64,000 nucleotides of DNA, taken from positions 1 through 64,000 of the forward strand of contig JBGUGD010000001.1 in NCBI GenBank assembly GCA_041697335.1, written 5' to 3'. Origin of the DNA: Vampirovibrionaceae bacterium NZW_1234 (lineage in GTDB: Bacteria; Cyanobacteriota; Vampirovibrionia; Vampirovibrionales; JAGQHJ01). The notes beneath the pieces are model-generated. The model did not search any database, was not told the DNA's origin, and saw only the letters and a list, made by a program, of their open reading frames with translations. The first letter of the stretch is position 1; each line of letters begins with the position of its first letter. Shown in pieces: positions 18,962-28,287 of the stretch. The position numbers and the translations under genes were made by a program.

Positions 18962-20041
18962 CTAAAATGCCTGAATCACCCGATCGGCCAAAACACCCAT
19001 GCCGAATCGGACCGGATCGGTCACCGGCAAGCCTGTTTCGTCTTCGTACTCCTGGACCAGGGCCTTGGCTTGGGCCTCGGTGAAGCTCGAGGTGTTCAAC
19101 GAGATTCCCAGGACCTTGGCCGGTTTAATCCAACCTGCCGCAGACTCGTAAATATTCACCAGCGTGCTCAGCGGCGGAATCGGTACGGATTCGAAATTGC
19201 GAATGCCTTTAAGCTTTGGGTTATGGCATAAAATCAAGGCATCGGGGGCGGACCCATGAATCAAGGCCATGGTGACGCCGGAATAGGCCGGGTGCAGCAA
19301 CGAGCCCTGGCCTTCCACAATCACCCATTTGGGCTGGTGCTGTTGAATGCTTTCATCAATGGCCCGCTCGACATAGCCTGCCATAAAATCGCCAATGGCT
19401 CGGTCCAGAGGCACGCCGTGGCCGGTAATCATAATGCCGGTTTGTCCTGTGGCCACAAACTGCGACGCTTCACCCCGATCGGTGAGGGTTTTGTTGAGTT
19501 CCAAGGCCGTGTACATTTTGCCCACCGAGCAGTCGCTGCCCACCATGGTAATCACTCGGGTCCCGGCGGGACGGGGCAGCTGACGGGTCACCACGTTATC
19601 CGACGGGGGTTGGCGGACATCCCACAGACGAAGACCTTTGGCCTGTGCCAGATCGACCAGTTCAGGAATCTCGTTGAGAAAGATGTGTAGTCCGCTAATA
19701 ATGTGAAGCCCTGCTTCAAGGGCTTCTTTGACGACCTGGTAATAGCTGTCCGGCAATCCGCCCCCCATGGGGGCCGTGCCGATGAGCAAGGCTTTGGGCT
19801 TAGGGGAGAGGGCCAGGGCTTCTGAGAGTCGGCTCACAATCGGAATGGGCGGTTGATCGGGAATCACATCGGTCACGGTTTTTCCGGAAAACTGACTGTC
19901 CATTACCGCCGTAACGGGCCATTGCCCATACCGGATAACCCCGGTTGCCGTCTTTGACTGCTGCACCCCAAAACACCCTTCCGATAAGATTACCAAGGGG
20001 GTTTCTGGTGGGTTTAAAACCTGTTTTTCAATGCCAATCAA
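18962..20041 (-). CDS. DUF1611 P-loop protein (DgcN-like)
   Basis: KTATGVIRY, GSDCSVGKM, ATGQTG, VEGQGSLLHPAYSGV, TDPVRFG. Confidence 0.9.
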   Translation of the reverse strand: MIGIEKQVLNPPETPLVILSEGCFGVQQSKTATGVIRYGQWPVTAVMDSQFSGKTVTDVIPDQPPIPIVSRLSEALALSPKPKALLIGTAPMGGGLPDSYYQVVKEALEAGLHIISGLHIFLNEIPELVDLAQAKGLRLWDVRQPPSDNVVTRQLPRPAGTRVITMVGSDCSVGKMYTALELNKTLTDRGEASQFVATGQTGIMITGHGVPLDRAIGDFMAGYVERAIDESIQQHQPKWVIVEGQGSLLHPAYSGVTMALIHGSAPDALILCHNPKLKGIRNFESVPIPPLSTLVNIYESAAGWIKPAKVLGISLNTSSFTEAQAKALVQEYEDETGLPVTDPVRFGMGVLADRVIQAF

Positions 20042-20259
20042 ACTGTCTCTGCCCTTGTGTATTTTTCACCCTGTCATTTTAGTGTATCAGAGATTTGCAG
20101 GCTGCAACCCGCTTCGAAACCGATTTTTTATCGTATTGGGGGTGGGGCTTGCGAACGGGAATATTCGGGATCAGGCTGGCGTTTACCCCAGGCTCTGAAA
20201 ATGCTATGCTGATACCCGTTTTCCGATAGGCAACTTGTGCAGGTGATCGATATTTCTTT

Positions 20260-20460
20260 ATGAAAGGCCATTGGGTTCCCACGACGACGATTCCTCCGAA
20301 AGAGTATACGTGTCGGCATGACGGCTGTGGCCAGAGTGTGGAGTCCGGGCATGGCTGGCCTTTTTTAATGCACGATCAGTACGAAATCTGGTTTATTTAT
20401 ATCTGCCCGGAGTGCTTACGTCCCACATTTTTCGATCATTATTTGAACCAAGTGCCTTGA
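20260..20460 (+). CDS. Small Cys-rich protein; possibly an N-terminal fragment of a DUF4145-type gene
   Basis: YTCRHDGC...IYICPECLRPTFF pattern. Confidence 0.4.
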   Translation: MKGHWVPTTTIPPKEYTCRHDGCGQSVESGHGWPFLMHDQYEIWFIYICPECLRPTFFDHYLNQVP

Positions 20461-20682
20461 TGTCTTCAAGGTCCTCCAATTAAAGGAACCTGGTGTTGTA
20501 GAGACACAGTTTGAAGTGGGTTTTACCGATACGCTCCCCATGAATCCCCGAACCTGGTGACAGAGGACACGTTCTTTTGTTTGTTTCTGTTAGAATAATG
20601 CCAAAAGTACAGGGGATATGGTTGTTTTACTGTGAGTCACCCGCCTCGGGATGATCACGGAGGAGAAAGGTAACACTGGTCT

Positions 20683-21489
20683 ATGAAGGTTGTCATCTTG
20701 TGCGGTGGTCAAGGGACCCGACTGCGAGAGGAAACACAAACAACACCAAAGCCCCTCTTGTCAGTTGGCGGGCGTCCGCTGCTGTGGCATATTATGAAGC
20801 TCTATGGCCATTACGGCTTTCGAGACTTCGTCCTGTGTCTGGGCTATCGGGGCCAAATGATTCGGGAATACTTCCTGAACTACAAGGCCATGACCACGGA
20901 CTTTACCATTCACATGGGGCGCCGTAACGAAATCGTGTTTCATAACGAAGTCCACGAGGATGATTTTTCGGTGACCCTGGCCGATACCGGTGAGCACAGT
21001 ATGACCGGATCGCGGGTGAAGCAGATTGAGCATTTTATCGATTCGGACACGTTTATGGTCACCTATGGAGACGGGTTGTCGGATATTCATCTTCCCGATT
21101 TGCTCTCCTTTCACCAGGGCCATGGGCGCATTGCGACAGTCACGTCGGTAAAAACCGTGTCTCGGTTTGGGATCATCGAAACCAATCCCGACGGGACCGT
21201 GATGCATTTCAATGAAAAACCCAAGATGCATCAGTTGATCAGCGCCGGATTTTTTGTCTTCAATCGTGAGGTGTTTAATTACCTGTCTGCCGATCCGGCC
21301 TGTGTTCTGGAAAGTGGGCCGATGCAGGACTTGGTCGCCGACGCGCAATTAATGTCGTATTTTCACCCGGGCTTTTTCTATGCCATGGACACCTATCAAG
21401 AGTATCTGCATTTAAACGAACTCTGGAACCAAGGCGACACCCCATGGACCGTCTGGAAAAAACCGTATTTGAAATCATTTCCCTCGTAA
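20683..21489 (+). CDS. rfbF: Glucose-1-phosphate cytidylyltransferase
   Basis: LCGGQGTRLREET..PKP, LWHIMK, TYGDG, AMDT. Confidence 0.93.
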   Translation: MKVVILCGGQGTRLREETQTTPKPLLSVGGRPLLWHIMKLYGHYGFRDFVLCLGYRGQMIREYFLNYKAMTTDFTIHMGRRNEIVFHNEVHEDDFSVTLADTGEHSMTGSRVKQIEHFIDSDTFMVTYGDGLSDIHLPDLLSFHQGHGRIATVTSVKTVSRFGIIETNPDGTVMHFNEKPKMHQLISAGFFVFNREVFNYLSADPACVLESGPMQDLVADAQLMSYFHPGFFYAMDTYQEYLHLNELWNQGDTPWTVWKKPYLKSFPS

Positions 21490-21744
21490 TTGTTGAACCC
21501 GACACATCGCGTTAAACGTTTTGATTTCTTTGCACCGGGCATGACTGCCAACACCGGCTAGCTCGTGTGGATAGTTTCACGCGGGTTTTAGCGCGTACTA
21601 TGACTGAACGCCGCGTGATTGAATCCATCCCGTTTTTATCGAAACCCGTTCAATCGGGTTCGGTAGTTCGGGAAAGGTGGGCCACCGATTGGATTGTTGG
21701 AGGGATATGTCTTAAACACGAGTATTTTTATGGAGGGATATAGT

Positions 21745-23025
21745 ATGACCAATCGTGATCAACAAGCGGATCTGCTCGCAAGAAATTGGGAGCACGATGT
21801 GCGCTGGAAAGGGATAGAGCGGCCTTATACCGCTCAGGACGTCTTGCGCTTGCAGGGCTCTGTCCAGATTGAATATACGTTAGCAAAACGCGGGGCTCAT
21901 CGCCTTTGGGAACTTCTGCACCAGGAGCCATACGTACATGCCTTGGGGGCCTTAAGTGGCAACCAGGCCATGCAGCAGGTAAAGGCCGGTCTGAAGGCCA
22001 TTTATCTCAGCGGTTGGCAGGTGGCTGCCGATGCGAACCTGGCTGGGCAAATGTATCCGGATCAAAGTCTGTATCCGTGCAACAGTGTCCCCACTCTGGT
22101 ACAGGCCATTAACCGGGCCTTATTGCGGGCGGATCAGATTCATCATGGCGAGAACCAACATCAGATTGATTGGCTGGTGCCCATCGTGGCCGATGCCGAG
22201 GCCGGGTTTGGTGGTCCCTTGAATTGTTTTGAATTGATGAAAGCCATGATCGAGGCAGGGGCTTCTGCCGTGCATTTTGAAGATCAGCTGGCATCGGAGA
22301 AAAAATGCGGGCATATGGGAGGCAAAGTCCTTCTGCCCACCAGCCAGGCCATCCGCAATTTGGTTGCAGCCCGTTTGGCAGCCGATGTGATGGGTGTGCC
22401 GACCCTGATTATTGCCCGAACCGATGCCAATGGGGCGCACCTGATTACCAGCGATGTGGATCCTCGGGATAAGGCCTTTATTACGGGTGAGCGCACGCCG
22501 GAAGGGTTTTATCGGATGACGGGGGGCTTGGATGCAGCCATTGCTCGCGGTCTGGCGTATGCGCCCTATGCCGATATGGTTTGGTGTGAGACGTCAGAGC
22601 CAAACATTGAGGAAGCTCGTCGATTTGCTCAGGCCATCCACCGGGAGTATCCCGGCAAGCTCCTGGCGTATAACTGTTCGCCGTCGTTCAATTGGCAGAA
22701 GAAGCTCTCGGCCGATGAGATTTCAACTTTCCAACGTCAACTGGGCGTCATGGGCTATAAATTCCAGTTTGTCACGCTGGCTGGGTTTCATGCTCTTAAT
22801 TACAGTATGTTCTCGCTGGCGTCCAGCTACAAGACTGAGGGAATGGCAGCCTATAGCCAGTTGCAGCAGGCAGAATTCCAGGCTGAAGCCAAAGGCTATT
22901 CGGCGACCAAACATCAACGGGAAGTTGGAACCGGCTACTTCGATGATGTGGCCATGGTGATTTCCGGTCGTAATGCCTCAACACTTGCATTGGAAGGGTC
23001 TACGGAAGCCGAACAATTCGTCTAG
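21745..23025 (+). CDS. aceA: Isocitrate lyase
   Basis: KKCGHMGGK catalytic motif, [27 protein letters not shown]. Confidence 0.98.
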   Translation: MTNRDQQADLLARNWEHDVRWKGIERPYTAQDVLRLQGSVQIEYTLAKRGAHRLWELLHQEPYVHALGALSGNQAMQQVKAGLKAIYLSGWQVAADANLAGQMYPDQSLYPCNSVPTLVQAINRALLRADQIHHGENQHQIDWLVPIVADAEAGFGGPLNCFELMKAMIEAGASAVHFEDQLASEKKCGHMGGKVLLPTSQAIRNLVAARLAADVMGVPTLIIARTDANGAHLITSDVDPRDKAFITGERTPEGFYRMTGGLDAAIARGLAYAPYADMVWCETSEPNIEEARRFAQAIHREYPGKLLAYNCSPSFNWQKKLSADEISTFQRQLGVMGYKFQFVTLAGFHALNYSMFSLASSYKTEGMAAYSQLQQAEFQAEAKGYSATKHQREVGTGYFDDVAMVISGRNASTLALEGSTEAEQFV

Positions 23026-23039
23026 TTTGACGTTCCTGT

Positions 23040-23081
23040 CTCCCTCGCCAAGAACGACCTTGGCGGGGGGACTTTTTTATT
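23040..23081 (+). terminator. Terminator-like hairpin between aceA and aceB
   Basis: CCCTCGCCAAG...CTTGGCGGGGG followed by ACTTTTTT. Confidence 0.7.
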
Positions 23082-23145
23082 TCTTGTTGCCGAGGTCCGC
23101 CAGGACTTTATTGTAGTTATGAATGTGCTTGAAAAGGAGTTCAAG

Positions 23146-24786
23146 ATGGTCTCTTCAACGACGTCCTTAACCGGGGTTTCCTTGATCCATGCCATGTCCG
23201 AGGAGCCGTTGGCCTTTTTGCTGTCTCCCGAGGCGTTGGAGTTTCTTGCCCAGTTGCATCGTCAGTTTGACCCGCAGCGGCGTCAGCTTCTGGCCCGTCG
23301 CGTGGAGCGTCAGCGGATATGGGATCAGGGGGCCTCTCCGGACTTTCTGCCGGAGACGGCTTCCATTCGGGAATCCTCGTGGACGGTTGCGCCTTTGCCT
23401 TTGGATTTGGCGGATCGGCGGGTTGAGATTACGGGCCCGACGGATCGAAAAATGATTATTAATGCCTTGAATTCCGGCGCGAATGTTTTTATGGCCGACT
23501 TTGAAGACTCCAACTGTCCGACCTGGGACAATATGATCCTGGGCCAACAGAACCTTTATGATGCCGTTCGCGGGACGATAACCTATGACAGCCCGGATGG
23601 GCGTCATTATCGCTTGAATCCTGCCACGGCTGTTTTAATGGTTCGCCCGCGAGGCTGGCACCTGGAAGAGCGGCTTCTGTGGGTGGATAGTCAGCCTATT
23701 TCGGCCAGTTTATTCGACTTTGGCCTGTACTTCTTCCACAATGCCCATGCCTTAATCAGTAAAGGCACCGGCCCTTACTTCTACCTCCCTAAGTTTGAAA
23801 GCCATTTGGAAGCCCGCTTGTGGAACGCCGTATTCGTTCGGGCTCAAGAGCTTCTCGGGATTCCTGTGGGGACTATCAAGGCCACGGTTCTCATTGAAAC
23901 GTTGCCTGCGGCCTTCGAAATGGATGAGATTTTGTATGAGCTTCGAGACCACTCGGCGGGGTTGAATTGTGGCCGTTGGGACTATATTTTTAGCTGCATG
24001 AAAACCATGCGAAACCATCATGGTCTGGTGTTTGCCGACAGGGCCAACCTGACCATGGCCAGTCCGTTTATGCGAGCCTATTCGCAATTGCTGATTCAAA
24101 CATGCCATCGTCGCCGTGCCCATGCGATGGGCGGCATGTCGGCCTATATTCCCATTCGGGATAATCCCGACGCCAACAACCAGGCCGTGGACAAGGTCCG
24201 TCAGGATAAGTTGCGTGAGGTAACGGATGGGCATGACGGCACCTGGGTGGCCCATCCCGGATTGGTTCCCGTAGCCAAGACTGTGTTTGATGAGGTGATG
24301 CCTCACCCCAACCAGATTGAGCGAGAGGTTGCTGCCCATCATCACCGCATTACGGCGGAGGATTTACGGAGATTTGCCCCGAATGCCCCGTTGACCGAGC
24401 AGGGCTTGCGGACGAATATCCGAGTGGGGTTGCGCTATGTGGCCGCATGGCTCAATGGAAACGGGTGTGTCCCCATTGATCATTTAATGGAGGATGCGGC
24501 AACGGCCGAGATCTCCCGGACCCAAATCTGGCAATGGATTCATAGCCCCAAGGGGGTTCTGGACGATGGTCGCAAGGTAACACCCACGTTGTTTCGCAAA
24601 TTGCTGGCACAGGAGCAGGACCAACTGATGCGGCACGATGCCGGGGTGCCCCAGCACATTGTGCAAGAGGCTGTTGCCCTGTTTGACCGGGTGGTGACGC
24701 AAAAACCGCTGGTCGATTTTTTAACGTTGCCGGGCTATGATCTGCTGATGCAGCGCCAGGCGCTGCAATCGATGATGCGGGTTTGA
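23146..24786 (+). CDS. aceB: Malate synthase A
   Basis: DRRVEITGP, VRPRGWH, GLNCGRWDY, LMEDAATAEISR. RBS AAGGAG. Confidence 0.98.
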   Translation: MVSSTTSLTGVSLIHAMSEEPLAFLLSPEALEFLAQLHRQFDPQRRQLLARRVERQRIWDQGASPDFLPETASIRESSWTVAPLPLDLADRRVEITGPTDRKMIINALNSGANVFMADFEDSNCPTWDNMILGQQNLYDAVRGTITYDSPDGRHYRLNPATAVLMVRPRGWHLEERLLWVDSQPISASLFDFGLYFFHNAHALISKGTGPYFYLPKFESHLEARLWNAVFVRAQELLGIPVGTIKATVLIETLPAAFEMDEILYELRDHSAGLNCGRWDYIFSCMKTMRNHHGLVFADRANLTMASPFMRAYSQLLIQTCHRRRAHAMGGMSAYIPIRDNPDANNQAVDKVRQDKLREVTDGHDGTWVAHPGLVPVAKTVFDEVMPHPNQIEREVAAHHHRITAEDLRRFAPNAPLTEQGLRTNIRVGLRYVAAWLNGNGCVPIDHLMEDAATAEISRTQIWQWIHSPKGVLDDGRKVTPTLFRKLLAQEQDQLMRHDAGVPQHIVQEAVALFDRVVTQKPLVDFLTLPGYDLLMQRQALQSMMRV

Positions 24787-24843
24787 AATCCGCCACTCGG
24801 GTATTTTCGTGCCGCAGGCAATACGATACTATATAAGACATCG

Positions 24844-24885
24844 GAACCGCAGTCTCGCTGGAAAGACTGCGGTTCTAGCGTTTTT
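24844..24885. terminator. Terminator between convergent genes
   Basis: GAACCGCAGTCT/AGACTGCGGTTC 12-bp stem. Confidence 0.65.
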
Positions 24886-24895
24886 ACAGGGTTAT

Positions 24896-25627
24896 TTATT
24901 CCGGTTTGGCTTCGGGTGTTTTCGAGTCGACTTGGGATTGCCAGTACAGCCGATCGTTTTTGTAGTTGACGTTCTGAAACTCGACATTGTCTTCGGGCTG
25001 GACATATAAGTAGCCGACATACTGGAGTTTGACGTCGGCATCGTCAGCGAAGTGGACATGGACTTTCGGAACTTTTCCAAAGGCCACCAGGTATTGTGTC
25101 GACACGGAGCCGCCGGGAGGAATGACGGTTGCAGCCAAATTGTTACCAAAGGCATCGGCTTCGTTCTTGGCTTTGACATTCATGGAGCTGCGGCTGATGG
25201 TGGTGCCCAAAAGCCCGGAGACCCCCAATAACGATCCCGCGCTGACGAGGCTTCGTTTGACATCCTGATAGGCTTTCTTGCCGCTGACCGCATTTTCGAC
25301 GTCCACTTTATCCACGGTAACCGGGTCACTTCCGAGGTTGGTCAGGGTGATTTTAAACCCGCTGTATTCTCGAATATAGAGGTCCGATTCCAGTTTGACC
25401 GGGTCAATGGTGACGCGTACTTTTGCAGGTTGATGGGCTTCGGGAACGGGAGGGACTATCTCCGAAGGCTGCATTACGGCGGGCACATCTCCAGGTGCAT
25501 CGCCTAAAAATGAAAAGACTTTATGTTCTGAGGCATTGCCTGGTGCAGCGCTAAAATCATCGGACAGACCAAGTCCGCCTGCCAGCATTCCAATGACGAC
25601 CCCCACGGCTAAAACATCTTGCATCAT
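24896..25627 (-). CDS. Hypothetical exported or membrane-anchored protein
   Basis: Hydrophobic N-terminus followed by a beta-rich domain. Confidence 0.7.
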   Translation of the reverse strand: MMQDVLAVGVVIGMLAGGLGLSDDFSAAPGNASEHKVFSFLGDAPGDVPAVMQPSEIVPPVPEAHQPAKVRVTIDPVKLESDLYIREYSGFKITLTNLGSDPVTVDKVDVENAVSGKKAYQDVKRSLVSAGSLLGVSGLLGTTISRSSMNVKAKNEADAFGNNLAATVIPPGGSVSTQYLVAFGKVPKVHVHFADDADVKLQYVGYLYVQPEDNVEFQNVNYKNDRLYWQSQVDSKTPEAKPE

Positions 25628-25709
25628 AAATTACGACTTCCCTTCCAGGAGAAATTTTTTTCTCTATATCAATCCCATTGTGGCGGATCTCACACGCACA
25701 TGGATCCGC

Positions 25710-27113
25710 CTAATCCTGTATGTTTTCGCCGGTCATGGAAAAGTTCGGATGTTCGGTACTCATGCAGTGAAGTCCGCCGGAATTGACGGCCAGCATTTTT
25801 TCCAGGTGGCTCACACCGGGACGCTCGCTGGAATTGCCTGTAATAAAGTCCACTTGGCTGACGTGACTTACCGAGGCATTGAGCGCTTCCTGAAAAATCT
25901 CGTTCAGCCTCGTGTCGCCACTGCCGTTGGTCATATAAACCAAGGATTTATCGGGCCGTTGGTGAAGGTTTGAATTCATAAAATTGATAAAGTGTTCCTT
26001 GCCATCTTGGTAGGGATAACCAAAGATGCCTGGAACCCGAATGGGTTTGAACCCTTGAGCCGTGAGTTCCGCCACCGTTTGATCGGTGGGCACGTAAGGA
26101 CCGGACCGGCCGAATTTCTTCAGGTACTCGGGGTTGTTTTCATTGTCCCGCTGATGGAGTCGGGTTGCTTCCAGCAGCTGCTGGAGGCCTTCCCGTTCAT
26201 AAGGGCTCAGGTTGGGTTTCGCCAGTTCTTTTGCCAAGGCCTTTAGAGACAAATCGAAGTCGTTGACAAGCACATACGGATAATTTAAAACCCGGATGCC
26301 TAAGTCGATGTGCCCTGCCGGTTGGCTGATAATGTGCAGGTTTTCGGGCTGCAGGTTTAAATCCTCGATGATTTGTTTTCTGGCTAAGGCCTGGTACTCG
26401 TCGGGATTTAGCCGGTATTTGTTAACGCTGCCGGCAATATTTAAGGCATTCACGTTGACCGAGTCCTGGCCGATGAGGGCATACGCCTGGCCGTTGGGTT
26501 TGGTGCCGAGAAAGACATTGCCCCATTCCAGATAGGATTTAATTTCCCGAGTTCTCATGTTGAGCAATTTGGCCAGGTTCGTGGCCGCCTGTTGCTCTCC
26601 CCGGTCCAGCATTTTGCCTTGGGGCGAACCAATGGCCCGCATGTCCTCGCTCGTCACGCGCAGCTCCGGAAGAATGAGCATGGTTTCTTTACCGTCAGGA
26701 TCCTTGACAATGGCTTTGCAGTCCTGGCCCCAGCAGGACAGGTTGTTTCGGGAATAGGGCATCAGGGAATTCTGGTTGTTTTCGCGAACCAGTTTCAAGG
26801 CGTCATAGAGTTGCGTTATCAATTGGCCCGACCACTCCGGGGTTTTGCCGCTGATGAGGCGCCGAATTGTTTTAAACGAAGGCGGCTGGGTAAAATGGAC
26901 ATGGACATTGAAACCCCCGTCTTTGGATCCGGTTTGACGTTCAGAAATTTCCTTCTCCCGCTCGCCGATGCATTGTAGTTGGCGGGCGACGAAGAGATCT
27001 CCCGTGGTCATGGGTTGGGTGTAGATGGCTTTTAAAGGCCTGGCATCGTAGCCGCCAAAACGCAGTGAACTCGTGGTGTGGCTCTCTCTGGGTGGGGTCG
27101 AAAACCCAATCAT
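25710..27113 (-). CDS. Pentein-fold guanidino-modifying enzyme (protein-arginine-deiminase-like)
   Basis: WGQD, GHID and GGLHC motifs in catalytic order; N-terminal LRFGG leader. Confidence 0.7.
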   Translation of the reverse strand: MIGFSTPPRESHTTSSLRFGGYDARPLKAIYTQPMTTGDLFVARQLQCIGEREKEISERQTGSKDGGFNVHVHFTQPPSFKTIRRLISGKTPEWSGQLITQLYDALKLVRENNQNSLMPYSRNNLSCWGQDCKAIVKDPDGKETMLILPELRVTSEDMRAIGSPQGKMLDRGEQQAATNLAKLLNMRTREIKSYLEWGNVFLGTKPNGQAYALIGQDSVNVNALNIAGSVNKYRLNPDEYQALARKQIIEDLNLQPENLHIISQPAGHIDLGIRVLNYPYVLVNDFDLSLKALAKELAKPNLSPYEREGLQQLLEATRLHQRDNENNPEYLKKFGRSGPYVPTDQTVAELTAQGFKPIRVPGIFGYPYQDGKEHFINFMNSNLHQRPDKSLVYMTNGSGDTRLNEIFQEALNASVSHVSQVDFITGNSSERPGVSHLEKMLAVNSGGLHCMSTEHPNFSMTGENIQD

Positions 27114-27357
27114 CAGGTCTCATCCTTTGCTGTATGACATGTGTTCTGAATTTGGTGCTACCGATTTAAAGACCCTGAACGGCATTTTTTGACACCGATT
27201 TTGCGGGTGCGAACTTTTATTACAAATTTGCAAATTTCCCCTTCAGTTTTTATCGATTATACCGAAGGGAATATTATGTACCGCAAGGTATATTTCATAA
27301 CTTCCCCTGGAGTCCTAACGTATGGTCACACTGTGGTAATTAAGTGAGGTTTCGACT

Positions 27358-27816
27358 ATGTCAGAGTATCGTTTAAGAATCAAGCATGATGAGCTTGAAC
27401 TGGAATATGTGGATGAATACTGTTGGTTTATCGAGCTGCAAGCCGAGCAAATTTTTAAAGTGCTTTTCAGCTTGCCCGTGCCACATGCGCTTGAATGTCT
27501 GCCCAGCAGTCACAATGCATTCAGCACTCCCAACAGCAACGCCTATAAACTGGTTCTGCGCCGGGGTCACGTTGTTATTGAGTTGTCTGCCGATGAAGAT
27601 GTCGACTTCATGCAGCGTCAAATGCACCTTTGGTTCAAGTCCCTGGTAAACAAGGCACCTTTTAATCTATTGGAAAACGGCATTAACAAAACCAGCGATA
27701 AAACCATTGAACCCTATCGGCCCAGCGACCTTCATGAGGATGAACTGAGCAACGGTCGTCCCCAGAACGGGAATCATAATATTTCCTCCGAAGAACTTTC
27801 CATGGCCTTTCAATAA
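27358..27816 (+). CDS. Hypothetical protein with an internally duplicated small domain
   Basis: YRLRIKHDELELEY...FIELQ and YKLVLRRGHVVIEL...FMQRQ segments. RBS GAGG. Confidence 0.65.
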   Translation: MSEYRLRIKHDELELEYVDEYCWFIELQAEQIFKVLFSLPVPHALECLPSSHNAFSTPNSNAYKLVLRRGHVVIELSADEDVDFMQRQMHLWFKSLVNKAPFNLLENGINKTSDKTIEPYRPSDLHEDELSNGRPQNGNHNISSEELSMAFQ

Positions 27817-27881
27817 ACCCAATGGCCAATCTCGACTCTTTGAATCTGTCTCAATGGTTAATGTAAAAAGGAGATTCGCTA

Positions 27882-28262
27882 ATGTCTTCAATGCAGTTAT
27901 TAAAATTCGGTCAGAACGACTTTGATGCGTCGAAGCTGACGACCGCAGACCTGGATAGCCTGGCGTTTGGGGCGGTTTTGGTCGACAAGGACGGCACGAT
28001 TTTAAAGTACAACATTGCCGAAGGTGAAATTACCGGCCGGGATCCGTCGGCGGTAATGGGCAAGAATTTCTTCCGTGAGGTTGCCCCCTGCACCAACTCT
28101 CCCCAATTCTTCGGCAAATTTAAAGAAGGTGTGGCCAAAGGGGATTTGAACGTGATGTTCGATTACACCTTTGACTACAAAATGAAGCCTGCCAACGTGA
28201 AAGTTCACATGAAAAAAGAGTTGGCCGGGGATAACTACTGGATTTTCGTCAAACGTTTATAG
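27882..28262 (+). CDS. pyp: Photoactive yellow protein
   Basis: Y43/E47/T51/R53/C70 match Halorhodospira PYP Y42/E46/T50/R52/C69; [23 protein letters not shown]. Confidence 0.97.
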   Translation: MSSMQLLKFGQNDFDASKLTTADLDSLAFGAVLVDKDGTILKYNIAEGEITGRDPSAVMGKNFFREVAPCTNSPQFFGKFKEGVAKGDLNVMFDYTFDYKMKPANVKVHMKKELAGDNYWIFVKRL

Positions 28263-28287
28263 TGCTCAAAAAAGAGGATTCTTCTGG

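Noticed and set aside
27882..27911. LKFG at the PYP N-terminus as an RFG leader
   Set aside because: It corresponds to the conserved PYP N-cap motif (VAFG in Halorhodospira PYP).
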